A stretch of DNA of 64,000 nucleotides, taken from NCBI RefSeq assembly GCF_009914755.1, contig NC_060927.1. One strand, written 5' to 3'. The notes beneath the pieces were generated by a model. That model was not told the origin of the DNA and did no database searches. It saw nothing but the letters and a program-made list of their open reading frames with translations. Source of the DNA: the human T2T-CHM13v2.0 reference genome, Homo sapiens. Positions 62,338-64,000 of the stretch are shown piece by piece. The position numbers and the translations under genes were made by a program. Each line of letters begins with the position of its first letter. Positions within the stretch are counted from its first letter, which is position 1.

Positions 62338-64000
62338 GGAGAGTGCCAAGACTGGCTGACTAGAAGCAGCTGATGTGCACCACTCTCATGCAGAGGAGAA
62401 AGAGTAGCAAGTAAAGGCTGGCCCTTCAGCTGGATATGCAGGTAGACATGCTGGGATTCATCAAAGAAGCAATATGACCTACACAGGTCAGAGAGGAGCA
62501 ACATAGGACAGTTGCCCACCCAGGATTGGCATGGAGCAAGGGGAGGCTTTCCACTATAGGAAATTGTGAGTAATAGCCCCCGAAAGCCCACTACCAATTG
62601 GAGGGCCCCCCGGCATAGGCTGATCACTTTCATTGGTAGTGGCTCTGCATTTCTCTGGGAGAGAGCCCAATTAAAAGGACCTCTGCCTCTTACCGCTGCT
62701 AAGGACCTGCTGAGGAAGGAACATAAGGCCCGAGCTTACCCCAGGGCTGCTATGTGCAGCCAAGGAGGACCAAGCCAAGATCTGCATCCAGCACTCAAGT
62801 GAGATAGAAGCCTACACTTCCTGAGCACTGAGAGGGTATCATGGCTGCAATTGTGAGGAAATACAAAGAAGTCATGTTGCTGAGCGTGAGCCTACAACAT
62901 GGCCATTACACCTAAGCACCATCTACTAGATCACAGCCCAAACTTCAACACCAAAAATACTTTTCCAATATACCCCCAATCCACTGCAATCCCTGTCCTG
63001 TGAAACCAAGGACAAGAATTCAGCTACAAATGGAGACGCTGCACAAAGCCTCGTCCCTCGGGAAACATCCAGAAATGAAGTCAACTGACTTCAACACAAA
63101 TTCCAACACAATTGAAGGAACATCAGCCCACACAGATGAGAAAGAGCCAGAGAAAGAATTCTGGCAACTCATATAGCCAGAGTGGCTTATTTCCTTCAAA
63201 CAACTGCACTAGTTACCCAGCAAAAGTTCTCAATCAGGCTGAAATGGCTGAAATGACAGACATAGAATTCAGAATATGGATAGGAATGAAGATCATCAAG
63301 ATTCAAGAGAAAATTAAAACCCAACCCAAGGAATCTAAGGATTACAATAAAATAACAGGGCTGAAAGACAAAATGGCTATTTTAAGAAGGAAACAAATTC
63401 ATCTGATAGAGCTGTAAAACACACTATAATAATTTCATAATATAATCACATATTAACCGCAGGAATCAACTAAGCTAAGGAAAAAAATTTCAGTGCTCAA
63501 AGACTGGTTCTTCAGACTAAGTCAGACAAAAATAAAGAAAAAAGAATAAAAAGGAATGAACAAAATGTCCAAGATATATGGGATTAGATAGAGACCAAAT
63601 CTATGACTCATTGGCATCACTGCAGGAAAGGGAAAGAAAATAAGCAATTTGGAAAATATATTTGAGGATATTGTTCACAAAAATTTCCCTAACCTTGCTA
63701 AAAAGGCCAACATTCAAATTCAAGAAATGCAGAGAACCCCTGTAAGATACTATGCAAGACGACCATCCCCAGGACACATAATCATCATATTCTCCAAAGG
63801 TGATATGAAAGAAAAAATATTAAAGGCAGCTATAGGGAAGGGGCAGGTAATATACAAAGGTACCTCCATAAAGCTAAAAGCAGAACATTCAGTAGAAACT
63901 CTGTAAGCCAGAAGAGATTGCGGGCCTGTATTCAGGATCCCTAAAGAAAAGAAACTCCAATCAAGAATTTCATATCCAGCCAAATTAAGCTTCATAAGTG
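62338..64000 (+). mobile_element. L1 (L1PA13-16/L1PB-like) 5'UTR and decayed ORF1, continuing beyond the window
   Basis: 5' start 'gccaagactggctgactagaagcagct'; ORF1 remnants MRKSQRKNSGNS..QAEMAEMTDIEFRIWIG and ENIFEDIVHKNFPNLAK..IQIQEMQRTP. Confidence 0.9.

Overview
AT-rich primate (very likely human) intergenic or deep-intronic DNA dominated by transposable elements. I cannot support any intact protein-coding gene, tRNA/rRNA or CRISPR array, and the long ORFs in the track are repeat artefacts or decayed retroelement frames. Main contents: a 17 x 58-bp VNTR inside an MLT1 LTR (0.1-1.1 kb); a complete 5.7-kb internally deleted HERV-H provirus (minus strand, two LTR7s, CATAG target-site duplication (TSD)) nested in an old L1; a near full-length L1MA with TSDs; a dense LTR cluster at 34-38 kb (MST, solo LTR7 without a matching TSD, and a MER31-like LTR hosting LTR10A with an AP-1 tandem array plus MER4A); an MLT2A LTR; many Alus, L1/L2/MIR fragments and DNA transposons. 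The most unusual non-TE signals are an exact 201-bp non-tandem duplication at 48.3/49.2 kb with palindromic snap-back junctions (templated-insertion signature) and a candidate pair of plus-strand exons at 32.9-33.3 kb. I see no evidence for a new multi-gene system. Repeat family names come from remembered consensus sequences and should be confirmed with RepeatMasker/Dfam.
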